The position numbers and the translations under genes are program-made. Shown in pieces: positions 30,377-40,344 of a stretch of 64,000 bases of DNA (the stretch's first letter is position 1; every line of letters begins with the position of its first letter). The stretch lies in NCBI GenBank assembly GCA_965263035.1, contig OZ253580.1, positions 4,672,001 to 4,736,000 on the forward strand, in the 5' to 3' direction. The notes under the pieces were generated by a model. That model searched no databases and was not told the DNA's origin. It saw nothing but the letters and a program-made list of their open reading frames with translations. Origin of the DNA: Acidobacteriota bacterium. Lineage in GTDB: Bacteria > Acidobacteriota > UBA6911 > RPQK01 > JAJDTT01.

Positions 30377-30403
30377 TTGACCTCCTCTTGACGGTTCGTT
30401 GAC
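30377..30403. promoter_or_regulatory. Three TTGAC direct repeats with 11-bp period in a divergent promoter region
   Basis: TTGAC at 30377, 30388 and 30399. Confidence 0.35.
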
Positions 30404-30441
30404 GTTGGTGAGTGCACGACCGGTTCGGAAGGAGTGTTCAC

Positions 30442-31518
30442 ATGCGAAAAATCAACGCGGTCTTGCTGGGTCTGGACAACCCCCATTCGATCGCCCATCT
30501 GAGAACCCTCGATCAGCTTCCCGAGGTGGATCGGGTCCAGGTCTGGGCTGAAAGCGAGAAATTCGTTCCGGACGTCGAGGAAGCCGGGAGCGCGAAGGTG
30601 GAGCGGGTATCGACCGATCTGCCGTCGATCCTTGCGGCGGGCGCGCACCTGGCCGTGGCCAGCCCGCGGACCGACCGGAGTCCCGGCATCTGCATCCAGG
30701 CGCTGGAGGCAGGGCATCACGTCCTGGCCGAGAAGCCCATCGCTCCCACGGTGGAGGAGATCGGCCGGGTCGTCCAGTCGGCGCGGGACAACGGCCGGAA
30801 GCTGGGGGTCTTCTACGGGCGGCGGTACCATCCCCTGGTCCGCCAGGCGCGGGAGATCATCGCACAGGGCCTGCTGGGAACGCTCATGTCGATGGAGTTC
30901 CGGATGCTCACCACCCAGGTCCGCTTCCGGGACCCCGACTACTGGCTCTTCAAGAAACGGCTCTCGGGCGGCGGCATGCTCTCCTGGCTGGGCTGCCATT
31001 ACGTCGACAAGATCCGGTTCGTCACCGGTGAGGAGATCGTTTCGGTTTCGGCCGAGGTGGCCACCCGGAGCGGCGAGGACATCGACGTGGAAGACGTGGC
31101 CGTGCTCTCCTTCCGTCTCGCCTCCGGGACCGTGGGCACTCTTCACGTCGGATTCGTCATGGCCCTGAGCGGCAGCGGCTACCACAACGTGGGGGGGTAC
31201 GATAACTATGTGGGAATCAATGGCAGGCGGGGCCGATTGTACTTCTCGTCCGCCGGAACCCCCGACCGTCTCCAGGTGGAGACGGACCATCCCGACTGGT
31301 CCGACGCCCCCTGGCGGGAGTTCGAATATACCTTGGCTTCGTCACCGGCCTATGGCGGGGTTCCCGGAGAGCGTTTCGTCCGGGACTTTCTCAAGGCGAC
31401 CTGGGGTGAGGGGACCGTCCCGGCTTCAGGAGAGGACGCCCTGCAGGTGGCGCGCATCGTGGAAGCGGCCTACGAGTCCAGCGAAACCGGACGCCGGGTC
31501 CAGGTGCCGTCCGATTGA
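30442..31518 (+). CDS. Gfo/Idh/MocA oxidoreductase
   Basis: HVLAEKP, SGGGML..LGCHYVD and VED motifs. Confidence 0.9.
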   Translation: MRKINAVLLGLDNPHSIAHLRTLDQLPEVDRVQVWAESEKFVPDVEEAGSAKVERVSTDLPSILAAGAHLAVASPRTDRSPGICIQALEAGHHVLAEKPIAPTVEEIGRVVQSARDNGRKLGVFYGRRYHPLVRQAREIIAQGLLGTLMSMEFRMLTTQVRFRDPDYWLFKKRLSGGGMLSWLGCHYVDKIRFVTGEEIVSVSAEVATRSGEDIDVEDVAVLSFRLASGTVGTLHVGFVMALSGSGYHNVGGYDNYVGINGRRGRLYFSSAGTPDRLQVETDHPDWSDAPWREFEYTLASSPAYGGVPGERFVRDFLKATWGEGTVPASGEDALQVARIVEAAYESSETGRRVQVPSD

Positions 31519-31613
31519 CCTCCTCGCGGCTTGAAATCGAATCTTGTCCCGCTCCCCGTACTCATGTTAGACCACTGGGAAAACTGGACCGACAAGCTGG
31601 GGAATTTTGATCC

Positions 31614-34496
31614 ATGAAGAAAAGGCAGAGTGCCTCCGTCTCGTTGGTTCTGATCTTGGTCCTGTCGGGATGCGGGTCCCAGGAATCGGCCATGGACTCG
31701 AAGGTCGAGACGGTTCCCGTCTCCGACATCCGATTCCCCGACTCGGTGTTTCGGGTCACCCTGGGCCTCACCGATTCGGAGCCCCGGGACTGGTCGGGGA
31801 ATCTCCGCCTCCAGCCGGGCCAGAAAGCGGAGCTGGTCCCCGAGCACTTCCGCGCCGGCGTGTACCGCCACGACTTCGGCGCCGGCTGGCGCACCATTGT
31901 CGACCCGAAGATCCCCAACGACCGGCTCACGGGGCCCGACAGCTGGCTGGCGCACACCACCCTTGACTGGGTTCGCTATAAGGATCGAGCCCGGATCCGT
32001 CATCCCAGCCTCTTCGTCCGGCTCTGGGACAATCCGGACCAAGCGCCGTTCCAGGTCCGGGCCGGAGGACAGGACTTCTCCGTGGGACCGGCGGATCTGC
32101 CGTTGTTCCATCCCGGGTCCCGGCTCGGAGATCGAGTGCGCGTGGAGCGGGTGCCTCCGGCGGCTCAGGTGGCTCGGGAGCGGACCGGCCAGCAGGACTA
32201 TCCGGCCCTCATGGCCACCCCTTCGGGAGACCTCTGGGCCGCATGGCAGGAGTATGACGAGCGCCATCACGATTCGGTCTGCGTCCGGCGCAAGCAGGGG
32301 GATGCCTGGGGACCGGTCTGGGTCCTGGCCCGGGAGGCGGACGTGTTTCGCACCGCTCTGGCGTACGACTCAGACGGCGGGGTCTGGGCTATCTGGTCCA
32401 TGCAGGTGGAGGGGAACTGGGATCTGTACGCCCGCCGCCATGACGGCGGGGGCTGGTCCGGTCTTCACCGGCTGACCAGGGAGGCGGGTCCCGACATCTA
32501 TCACCGGGCCGTCACCGACCAGTCGGGGAACCTCTGGCTGATCTGGCAGAAGGTCATCGAGGGACGGAGCCAGATCGTGGCCCGGAGCTACGACGGCTCC
32601 GGGTGGAGTGACACGGTCCAGCTCAGTGAGGGTGTTTCCGCCGAAGGGAACAACTGGACCCCGTCGGTGGCTGCCGGCGAATCGGGGTCGGTGGCCGTGG
32701 CCTGGGACGGGTATGCGGCAGGGAACTACGACGTTTACCTGAGGCGATACTCTGCCGGCGAGTGGCAGCCGGTCCAGGTGGTGGCGGGGACCGAGCGCTT
32801 CGAGGCGGCCCCGACGGTTGCCGTGGACCCGCAGGACCGCATCTGGGTGGCCTGGCACGAGTCGGGCACCGAGTGGGGCAAGGACACGGGCCGTTTGGTT
32901 CAACGCAAGGGGACGGAGCTGAGGGAGTCCCGTTGGTTGGGCCTGGCCTGCGTGGACGGCGAGCGACTGCTCACCACGGCGCATCCCCTGGGCGATCGCC
33001 TGGATGCGGCCCGCGAGTGGGAGCTTCCCCATCTCCAGATCGACTCGGACGGTCACCCCTGGCTGCTGGTCCGCAACGTCACCAAGCGGGGTCCTGCCGG
33101 GAGGCCTCGGTACTTCCCCATGTGGGAAGTCCACGTCACCCGCTACGACGGTTCCCGGTGGAGTGATCTGGTCCGGGTGCGGCAGAGCAGCGGGCGGAAC
33201 GACATGTCGCCGGCCACGGCTCTCGATGCGGACGGACGCGTCTGGGGCATCTGGGCCACCGACACGCGGAGCGCCAAGTCGGCATTGCCGCAGTATGGGC
33301 GAGTGATGGTCTCCCCCCTGGGATCGAGCCCGGGTCGGAAGACCCTGGCCCTGCAGCCCTGGACGCCGGCCGCGGTCGGTTCGGTGGAGCGGATCCATCC
33401 CGACGAGGCCGAGCAGGTGGAGCGGATCCGCTCCTATCGGGTGGAGGCCGGCGGGAAGACCTACTTCATCTACCGGGGCGACACCCACCGGCACACGGAC
33501 ATCTCTCTGGACGGGGGCGGCGACGGCGGTCTGCTGGACGCCTACCGGTACGCGCGGGACGCCGCCGCCATGGACTTTCTGGGAACCTCGGACCACAATC
33601 ACGAAGTGGCCGAGCCGTACGCTTGGTGGCGGACCCAGAAGTTCGCCGATCTGTTCCAGCTCGAAGACAATTTCACCGCGTTCTATGCCTACGAGCGCTC
33701 GGTGCAGTTTCCCAACGGTCACCGGAACGTCCTCTTCACCCAGCGCGGAAACAATATCCTGGAAGTGCTCACGGCGGAACGCATGGGTCTGGACGGGGCC
33801 GAGCGCCTCTTCGGTTACCTGCGTCGGACCGGGGGCACCTCCATCCCCCACACCATCGCCACCGGGGCCGGAACCGACTGGCGGGACTCCGATCCCGAGG
33901 TGGAGACGCTGCTGGAGATCTACCAGGGCATGCGCGACACCTACGAGCATCCGGGGTCCCCTCGTCCCAAGACGCTGGAGCCCACGCCGACGCTCCAGGA
34001 AAACAATTCGCCTTCCCGCCGCGACGGCACCGCGTGGAGCGCTCTGGAGAAGGGTCTCAAGCTGGGTTTCATCGCCTCTTCGGATCACCTTTCGACCCAC
34101 ATCAGCTATGCCTGTCTCATCGCGGAGCGCCTGACCCGGGAGGGTCTGATGGAGGCCATACGCGCCCGCCGGGCCTATGGCGCCACCGACAACATCGTGC
34201 TGGACGTTCGGTTCGTGGGGTCCGGCGGAGAGCATCTGATGGGGGAGATCTTCACCAGTTCTCAGCCGGTGAGAATCCAGGCGACCATACTGGGAACCGG
34301 GATTATCAAGCGGGTGGACCTGATCAAGGACAACCGGGTCCTCTACTCGGTGGAACCCGGTCAGACCACGTTCCGTCTGGACTTCGCGGACGGCGACGCG
34401 GCCGACTCGGGTGAGAGCTACTACTACATTCGGGTCCTGCAGGAGGACGGCGAGATCGCCTGGGGCTCTCCGGCCTGGGTGACCTACGAAATGTAG
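31614..34496 (+). CDS. Lipoprotein: beta-propeller plus PHP-type (DUF3604/CehA-like) metallohydrolase
   Basis: Lipobox LSGC; repeated propeller blades; GDTHRHT, SDH, GHRNV, IPH and GFIASSDH metal ligands. Confidence 0.8.
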   Translation: MKKRQSASVSLVLILVLSGCGSQESAMDSKVETVPVSDIRFPDSVFRVTLGLTDSEPRDWSGNLRLQPGQKAELVPEHFRAGVYRHDFGAGWRTIVDPKIPNDRLTGPDSWLAHTTLDWVRYKDRARIRHPSLFVRLWDNPDQAPFQVRAGGQDFSVGPADLPLFHPGSRLGDRVRVERVPPAAQVARERTGQQDYPALMATPSGDLWAAWQEYDERHHDSVCVRRKQGDAWGPVWVLAREADVFRTALAYDSDGGVWAIWSMQVEGNWDLYARRHDGGGWSGLHRLTREAGPDIYHRAVTDQSGNLWLIWQKVIEGRSQIVARSYDGSGWSDTVQLSEGVSAEGNNWTPSVAAGESGSVAVAWDGYAAGNYDVYLRRYSAGEWQPVQVVAGTERFEAAPTVAVDPQDRIWVAWHESGTEWGKDTGRLVQRKGTELRESRWLGLACVDGERLLTTAHPLGDRLDAAREWELPHLQIDSDGHPWLLVRNVTKRGPAGRPRYFPMWEVHVTRYDGSRWSDLVRVRQSSGRNDMSPATALDADGRVWGIWATDTRSAKSALPQYGRVMVSPLGSSPGRKTLALQPWTPAAVGSVERIHPDEAEQVERIRSYRVEAGGKTYFIYRGDTHRHTDISLDGGGDGGLLDAYRYARDAAAMDFLGTSDHNHEVAEPYAWWRTQKFADLFQLEDNFTAFYAYERSVQFPNGHRNVLFTQRGNNILEVLTAERMGLDGAERLFGYLRRTGGTSIPHTIATGAGTDWRDSDPEVETLLEIYQGMRDTYEHPGSPRPKTLEPTPTLQENNSPSRRDGTAWSALEKGLKLGFIASSDHLSTHISYACLIAERLTREGLMEAIRARRAYGATDNIVLDVRFVGSGGEHLMGEIFTSSQPVRIQATILGTGIIKRVDLIKDNRVLYSVEPGQTTFRLDFADGDAADSGESYYYIRVLQEDGEIAWGSPAWVTYEM

Positions 34497-34531
34497 CCTC
34501 TTCCGCGCGACAGACTTCCAAGGAAATTCCC

Positions 34532-35635
34532 ATGCTGGAAATCGTGGACCGAGGCATCCTCTCTCATGTCCCCGGGCGCGGCGCCTACTTTCCCTGCGTG
34601 AGGCCGCTTCAGGACGGATCCCTGCTGGCGGCGCAGCACGTGGGGAGCGGCTTGTGCTCTCCGGACAATCACATCGAGGTGTTGCGCTCCACCGCTGGGG
34701 GCCGCAGCTGGACCAATGAAGGCAGCATCCACGGCGGTCTCCCGGCGGATGGATGGTGCTACCGGGCGCCCATTATCGCTCCCTTGGAGGATGGCAACCT
34801 GTTGATGGCGGCCGCCCGTTATCTCCTGGACAACGACGAGATGTACAATCCGGCCACCGAGGGATTGAAGCCGACTCAGATGGTCCTTTTCCGCTCTTCC
34901 GATCAGGGCCGATCCTGGTCGGGTCCCGAGGTGGTGCCCAACCCGCTGCCTCCCGAGAAATACGTGAGCAGCCTTTCGGGTCAGCTTCTGATTCTCGCGC
35001 CCGACCGCTGGATGTTTCCGTTCGAGACCTGGAAGCCGGATGGCTACGAGGGGCCGGTGGACCAGAAGGCGGGGGCCGTTTTCTCACCGGATCAGGGACA
35101 GACCTGGGAAGAGTGGTCAGTGGTGGCCGACGACGTGGAGGAACGCCTCCACTACGGTGACCAGATGCAGACTGTGTTGCCGGATGGACGGGTCTACACC
35201 ACCCTCTGGACCCGGACCTGGGGCGTGGGACAGGGAGAGGACGTCAACGATCACTGGGTCGTTTCCGAGGACGCCGGCCGGACCTGGAGCGAACCTCGTC
35301 CCACCAACTTGCAGGGACAGCTCTGTGCCCCCATCGCGCTTCCCGACGGCCGGGTGGCGGCCATCTACAATTTTCGCCGCGAACCCCAGGGGATCCACGT
35401 CGCGATCACCGAAGATCTGGAGAATTACGACGTCGAAAACCAGGCCGTGGTGTTTCGGGCCGGCGAGGAAACCATGACGGCGAAAGCGGTGGACGAGTTC
35501 ATCGACGCCCACCAGAAGATCGCCTTCGGCCGGCCCTGGGGGATCCTCTTGCCGGATGGCGACCTGCTGGTCTACTTCTGGTGCACCGTCGAATCCGTCA
35601 CCCACAACCGCTGGGTCCGGCTCAGGATCTCGTGA
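34532..35635 (+). CDS. Sialidase-like BNR/Asp-box protein
   Basis: YFP motif; Asp-boxes STAGGRSW, SSDQGRSW, SPDQGQTW, SEDAGRTW. Confidence 0.85.
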   Translation: MLEIVDRGILSHVPGRGAYFPCVRPLQDGSLLAAQHVGSGLCSPDNHIEVLRSTAGGRSWTNEGSIHGGLPADGWCYRAPIIAPLEDGNLLMAAARYLLDNDEMYNPATEGLKPTQMVLFRSSDQGRSWSGPEVVPNPLPPEKYVSSLSGQLLILAPDRWMFPFETWKPDGYEGPVDQKAGAVFSPDQGQTWEEWSVVADDVEERLHYGDQMQTVLPDGRVYTTLWTRTWGVGQGEDVNDHWVVSEDAGRTWSEPRPTNLQGQLCAPIALPDGRVAAIYNFRREPQGIHVAITEDLENYDVENQAVVFRAGEETMTAKAVDEFIDAHQKIAFGRPWGILLPDGDLLVYFWCTVESVTHNRWVRLRIS

Positions 35636-35746
35636 CGTGCGAATAGATCTCACATGCCAGCCGGTGGGGGAATTCCCACCCGGATTCACATCTTCCAGGA
35701 TTGGGTGCGATCGGTCTCGCGGTCGTCCGTTCCCCGTATTCCGGTT

Positions 35747-35965
35747 TCAGGCGCGCTCACCGGGCTGACGGTCGTCAACGGCTGCCGGAGGCGGGACGGT
35801 GAACCTTTTTCCTTGTTCCTCGGCGGCCATGCGCGCGCGGTTCCAGGATTCCCAGCGCTTGCGCTCTCTGACACGCCCCTCGGCATGCCCCTCGGCATGC
35901 CCCTCAGTACGTCCCTTGGCGAGCCCCTTGGCGTAACGTCGATTGAGATACCATTCCGAAAACAT
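35747..35965 (-). CDS. 72-aa stand-alone copy of the C-terminal module of the adjacent membrane protein
   Basis: Near-identical to 36067-36273 starting at the ATG; one extra 12-bp EGHA unit. Confidence 0.65.
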   Translation of the reverse strand: MFSEWYLNRRYAKGLAKGRTEGHAEGHAEGRVRERKRWESWNRARMAAEEQGKRFTVPPPAAVDDRQPGERA

Positions 35966-36066
35966 TTTTCCCGCCCTTAAGAAATTCCAAGCGGAAGCCT
36001 GGATACTGTCGGCCGCCTATACTCCTCTGTCGGAGATTAGGGTCCGGTTGGAATCTGAAGAATCTT

Positions 36067-36516
36067 TCACGCGCGCTCACCGGTCTGATGATCGTCAGCG
36101 GCTGCAGGAGGTAGCTTGGTGAAACTTTTTCCTTGTTCCTCGGCGGCCATGCGCGCGCGGTTCCAGGATTCCCAGCGCTTGCGCTCTCTGACACGCCCCT
36201 CGGCATGCCCCTCAGTACGTCCCTTGGCGAGCCCCTTGGCGTAACGTCGATTCAGATACCATTCCGAAAACATCCTACCCACCTCCACGGAAACCACGCT
36301 CCAGGCGGCGACCACGACGACCACGGGAGACAGCCCTCGCGCGATGGCGAGGAACGTTTCCATGTTGCCGTCCTTCGTCCCACTGGCTACCTCATGCCAG
36401 ACGACCAGAGTCGTGGTCACGATAACAAGTGCCACAAAGAGTTTGAAGTAGGTGTCCCGCCATGTCGCCGGGACGCTCCAAATCGACTCTCTGTACCTCA
36501 CCGATTCCTTCTCCAT
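36067..36516 (-). CDS. 2-TM membrane protein with G-x-x-x helical C-tail and internal RBS
   Basis: RESIWSV, two hydrophobic helices, then GGAGGT-N7-ATG (36273) and KGLAKGRTEGHAEGRVRE. Confidence 0.75.
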   Translation of the reverse strand: MEKESVRYRESIWSVPATWRDTYFKLFVALVIVTTTLVVWHEVASGTKDGNMETFLAIARGLSPVVVVVAAWSVVSVEVGRMFSEWYLNRRYAKGLAKGRTEGHAEGRVRERKRWESWNRARMAAEEQGKSFTKLPPAAADDHQTGERA

Positions 36517-36761
36517 CCCGTGACCGAGGCGCTTCAAGCCTTCTCCGAAGGCCGATTTGGAGTCGCGGATCTTCGATCTCGGTATTCGTTCCTACTCCCG
36601 GCAGGAGTCCCGTCAAATCTTGCCTACAATCCAGATAACGAATGAATTTAAGAATCTGCAACCGATTCTCCGGTTATCCAATCGGAACCAGTGATTTGCT
36701 CGGACCTGCGATCTATTCTACCGGATGGCGCGTGGTGAAGGTTCTCGCGGAATCGGGACCC

Positions 36762-37508
36762 TCAGCCGGAGGCGGTTCCCAAGAGGGAGGCGGATTCCCG
36801 GTCCAGATAGAGATGGCAATCGGCGTGGGTCCTCAGTATGGATGAGGGGTGCAGCGGAGTGACTTCGCCTTGCACGCAGTTGCGGACCGCCTCGGCCTTG
36901 CGGATGCCGGGAACCGTGCAGACGATGGACCTGGCCTTCAGGATCTGGCGGATGGACATGGAGACCGCCTGGGCCGGCACCTTGTCGATGCTGGCGAACC
37001 ACCCCTCGGAGACCTGCTGCTGCCGGCAGGGGGCGTCGAGGGTGACCAGGATATAGGGCTCCTCGGTCTCGAAATCGGCGGGCGGATCGTTGAAGGCCAG
37101 GTGGCCGTTCTCTCCGATGCCGATGAAGGCGACGTCGATCGGGCCCTCTTGGATGAGATCTGAGATCCGATGGCATTCGGCCTGAGGGTCGGGCGCCTCG
37201 CCCCGGATGAAGTGGACCTCTCCCGGATGCACCCGATTCACCAGGCGTTTCCGGAGATAGCGGCGGAAGCTGGCGGGGTGGGTTTCGGAGATCCCGGTGT
37301 ACTCGTCCAAGTGAAACATGGTCGTGCGGGACCAGTCGATCGATCGATCCGCGGTGAGTGCCGCCATGAAGTCGAACTGCGAGCTGCCCGTGGCCACGCA
37401 GAATCTGGCGGTCCCCTGCCGGTCGATGGCCTCCCGCAGTTTGGCTGAGGCCCTGGCGGCGGCGGCTTGGCTGGTGGTGGCCTTGTCCTTCTGTCGAACG
37501 ATCTCCAT
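36762..37508 (-). CDS. nagB: Glucosamine-6-phosphate deaminase
   Basis: ATGSS, HLDEY, GIGENGHLAFNDP and CRQQQ motifs. Confidence 0.88.
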   Translation of the reverse strand: MEIVRQKDKATTSQAAAARASAKLREAIDRQGTARFCVATGSSQFDFMAALTADRSIDWSRTTMFHLDEYTGISETHPASFRRYLRKRLVNRVHPGEVHFIRGEAPDPQAECHRISDLIQEGPIDVAFIGIGENGHLAFNDPPADFETEEPYILVTLDAPCRQQQVSEGWFASIDKVPAQAVSMSIRQILKARSIVCTVPGIRKAEAVRNCVQGEVTPLHPSSILRTHADCHLYLDRESASLLGTASG

Positions 37509-37693
37509 GGGACTCCCCCCGTTGCACCCAGTTGCGATGCGTGCCCCCCCGAGGGACCGAATCCCTCACGCCCAGTCTACTACTCGGGGCCGCTCGCGGC
37601 ACTTCCAACAACCCGGTTCATCTGTGATGATATGAACTCGGCCCCGCTATCGGCAGCGGACCCGGAACCGAAGGGCGCGAAAGGAAACAGGAC

Positions 37694-38428
37694 ATGAACC
37701 GATCTGAAATGCTGAAAGAACTCAAGAATTTCGACACCCCCTCCATCACCAACGTGGTGGCCACGTATCCCGACCATCCCTTGTGCCTGGGGCTCTACAA
37801 TCCCTGGTCCACGAACTGGTACACGGACCAGTCGATTCGCTGCATGTATCCCGAATTGGGCCGGACCGTGGGTTACGCTGTCACCTGCATCTTCGGGCTC
37901 CCCGATCCCAACTACAAGCAACTGACCTTCATCGACGTGCTGGAGGCCATGGAGGCGTCCGAGCAGCCCACGGTCCTGATCTTCCAGCAGAATTTCCCGC
38001 CCGAAATTGCCGGCAAGGTGGGCCTGTCGGGAGGCAACATGACTTCCGCCCTCAAGGCCATCGGCTGCGTGGCGGCCATCTCCAACGGTCCGTCCCGAGA
38101 TCTGGACGAGATCCGTCCCATGAAATTCCAGTATCTGCTCAGCGGGGCCACTCCCGGCCACGGCCCCACGGCCCTCCACGCCGTCAACGTGCCGGTGACG
38201 GTGGCGGGCATGGACGTTTCGCCCGGCGAGATCATCCACATGGACGAAAACGGCGCCTGCAAGTTCCCCGCGGACAAGCTTGATGCGGTGCTGATGAACG
38301 TCCGGGCCATGCAGCAGGAAGAGGAGTCGCGAATGGCACGGTTGCAGGCAGCGGGCAGCGCCGCCGAGATCCGTGAGATCTTCAGCCGCCACGTCTACGG
38401 GGAGAAGCAGGAAGACGGCGGCGAATGA
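37694..38428 (+). CDS. RraA/HMG-aldolase family protein
   Basis: DTPSITN, GYAVT, SRDLDE and VSPGEIIHMDENG motifs. Confidence 0.85.
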   Translation: MNRSEMLKELKNFDTPSITNVVATYPDHPLCLGLYNPWSTNWYTDQSIRCMYPELGRTVGYAVTCIFGLPDPNYKQLTFIDVLEAMEASEQPTVLIFQQNFPPEIAGKVGLSGGNMTSALKAIGCVAAISNGPSRDLDEIRPMKFQYLLSGATPGHGPTALHAVNVPVTVAGMDVSPGEIIHMDENGACKFPADKLDAVLMNVRAMQQEEESRMARLQAAGSAAEIREIFSRHVYGEKQEDGGE

Positions 38429-39171
38429 ATTCGGGGCCTGACCGAAACGGCGATTGGACCAACCGGCTCCGCTGTTCGATTCTGACGTTTCTGAGCGTCG
38501 GCCTCCTGTGCGGATGCGGCGGTCCGACCTCCAGCGAGGAGCCCGGTTTCGTGTCCATCTTCGACGGCGAGAGTCTCGAGGGTTGGCGCGCCGCCGGGGG
38601 CGGGACGAGCCGGGACTGGTCCGTTCAGGATGGTCGACTGGTCGGAATCTGCCTGGGGAGGTCTTCTTACCTGCTCTGGAAGGACCAGGAACTGCGCGAC
38701 TTCGAGCTTGAGCTGAGCTACCGGCTGCTGACCGAGGCCAACACCGGGATCGACATCCGGTCCCGGGTCGACGTGACCGGGAAGCGCCCGTTCGAGAGCT
38801 ACCACGCCGACCTGGGTCACGTAGGCATTGGAAAGAACATACTGGGCTCCTGGGATTTCCACTTCGGCTCCCGCCCCGAACCCGACAATCCCCGCGGGAC
38901 CCGGCTGGTCATCGGGGCCGACGAGACCCCGCAGTTGACCGCTATCGAAGATCCGCTGACACTGGATCATGTGAACCGCCGCCCCGAATGGAATCGGGTC
39001 CACGTCATCGCCCGCGGCAACCACTGCCGGTTTTTCATCAACGGCAAGCTGTCGTCCGAATTCACCGACAACGCCGAGTCCGGACGTCTGGAGGAGGGCG
39101 GCATTGCATTGCAACTTCACGACCCGGGAGTCCACGTGGAGTTCAAGGACATCCGGCTCAAGAGATTGTGA
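38425..39171 (+). CDS. DUF1080 (3-keto-disaccharide hydrolase-like) lipoprotein
   Basis: FDGESLEGW, DFELEL, WN.V and GGIALQLH...VEFKDIRLK motifs; LCGC lipobox. Confidence 0.88.
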   Translation: MNSGPDRNGDWTNRLRCSILTFLSVGLLCGCGGPTSSEEPGFVSIFDGESLEGWRAAGGGTSRDWSVQDGRLVGICLGRSSYLLWKDQELRDFELELSYRLLTEANTGIDIRSRVDVTGKRPFESYHADLGHVGIGKNILGSWDFHFGSRPEPDNPRGTRLVIGADETPQLTAIEDPLTLDHVNRRPEWNRVHVIARGNHCRFFINGKLSSEFTDNAESGRLEEGGIALQLHDPGVHVEFKDIRLKRL

Positions 39172-39197
39172 CCGGGAGTCGCCAGGAGGAAAGAATT

Positions 39198-40211
39198 ATG
39201 AACAGAAGGTATTTCATGGTGCAGGCCGTTGCCCTGGGGAGCATTTTGGGCCTCTCCTGGTGGTTGACCGAATCCGGCGGAACCATCTCGGGGAGTGCTG
39301 CTGCACCGGATAAGGTGAACTTGGCCGTTGGTTATCAGGTCGACCCGGAATGGCCCCGTAAGCCCGCCGGTCTCGAATGGGGACAGATGCCCGGTCTGTA
39401 CGTCGATGCCAAGGACCAGGTCTGGATCTTCCATCGGGGTAAGGATCCCGTCCAGGTCTACGGGCAGGACGGGTCCCTGGTCCGATCCTGGGAAGACAAG
39501 GGCTTCAAGAGTGCCCACCATATGAAGATCGGGCCTGAGGGAAACGTCTGGCTGGCGGACGCCGGCGCCCACGCGGTCTACAAGTTCACGCCCGAGGGTA
39601 AGCTGCTCATGACCCTGGGCACTCCGGGCGAGGCGGGAGAGGACGGCCGCCACTTCAACCGTCCCACCGATATGGCCATCACGCCCGCCGGGGACATTTT
39701 CGTCACCGACGGCTACGGAAACAGCCGGGTCGTCCACTTCGACGCCGACGGCCGTTTCGTCAGGACTTGGGGAAAGTTGGGAACGGCTCCGGGCGAATTC
39801 GACACGCCCCACGGCATCGTCGTGGACTCCAAGGGCCGTCTCTATGTTGCGGACCGCAGCAACGCCCGGGTCCAGGTCTTCGAGTCCGACGGCCGCTTCC
39901 TGGCCGAGTGGCGGAACCTCCTGGTGCCCTGGGGGCTCTGGGTGACCAAGACCGACGAAATCTACGCCTGCGGGTCCTCGCCCATGCGGTGGGGAAGCGG
40001 TGGCCGCTTGGGCGCCCCGCCCAAGGACCAGATCCTCATGAAGTTCAACACGGAAGGCCGGGTCCTAGAGCACTGGACCTTTCCCCTGAGCGCGATGGGG
40101 AAGCCGGGCTCGTTGAACTGGGTCCATGCCGTCGCCGTCGACTCCAAGGGGGACGTCTACCTGGGCGACATCCAAGGCAGCCGGGTCCAGCGGATGGTGC
40201 GCCTGAACTAG
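39198..40211 (+). CDS. NHL-repeat protein (peptidyl-alpha-hydroxyglycine lyase-like)
   Basis: FNRPTDMA, DGYGNSRV and FDTPHGIVVD..LYVADRSNARVQVF motifs. Confidence 0.9.
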   Translation: MNRRYFMVQAVALGSILGLSWWLTESGGTISGSAAAPDKVNLAVGYQVDPEWPRKPAGLEWGQMPGLYVDAKDQVWIFHRGKDPVQVYGQDGSLVRSWEDKGFKSAHHMKIGPEGNVWLADAGAHAVYKFTPEGKLLMTLGTPGEAGEDGRHFNRPTDMAITPAGDIFVTDGYGNSRVVHFDADGRFVRTWGKLGTAPGEFDTPHGIVVDSKGRLYVADRSNARVQVFESDGRFLAEWRNLLVPWGLWVTKTDEIYACGSSPMRWGSGGRLGAPPKDQILMKFNTEGRVLEHWTFPLSAMGKPGSLNWVHAVAVDSKGDVYLGDIQGSRVQRMVRLN

Positions 40212-40219
40212 GAGGGGGT

Positions 40220-40343
40220 TGGAGGGGCGATTTCCAGTCGCCCGTTTCCCCATGTTTCGTCGGGAGTTCGGCGGTTGGAAACCGCCGCTCCCATCGGCGA
40301 CTAGGAAATCGCCGCTCCTGTCGGCGGTTGGGAAATCGCCGTT
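40220..40343. repeat. REP cluster (1 forward + 3 reverse hairpins) between convergent genes
   Basis: GGAGGGGCGATTTCCAGTCGCCC; CGGCGGTTGGAAACCGCCGCTCCCA; CGGCGACTAGGAAATCGCCGCTCC; CGGCGGTTGGGAAATCGCCG. Confidence 0.85.
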
Positions 40344-40344
40344 T

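Noticed and set aside
32370-34235. Long antisense ORFs (also 18665-20335, 25919-28120, 40219-42000, 46787-48637)
   Set aside because: These are shadow frames of well-supported genes, as expected in high-GC DNA, with no recognisable motifs.
35747-36273. Near-identical repeat pair as a diversity-generating retroelement TR/VR
   Set aside because: The differences are not adenine-specific and there is no reverse transcriptase in the window.
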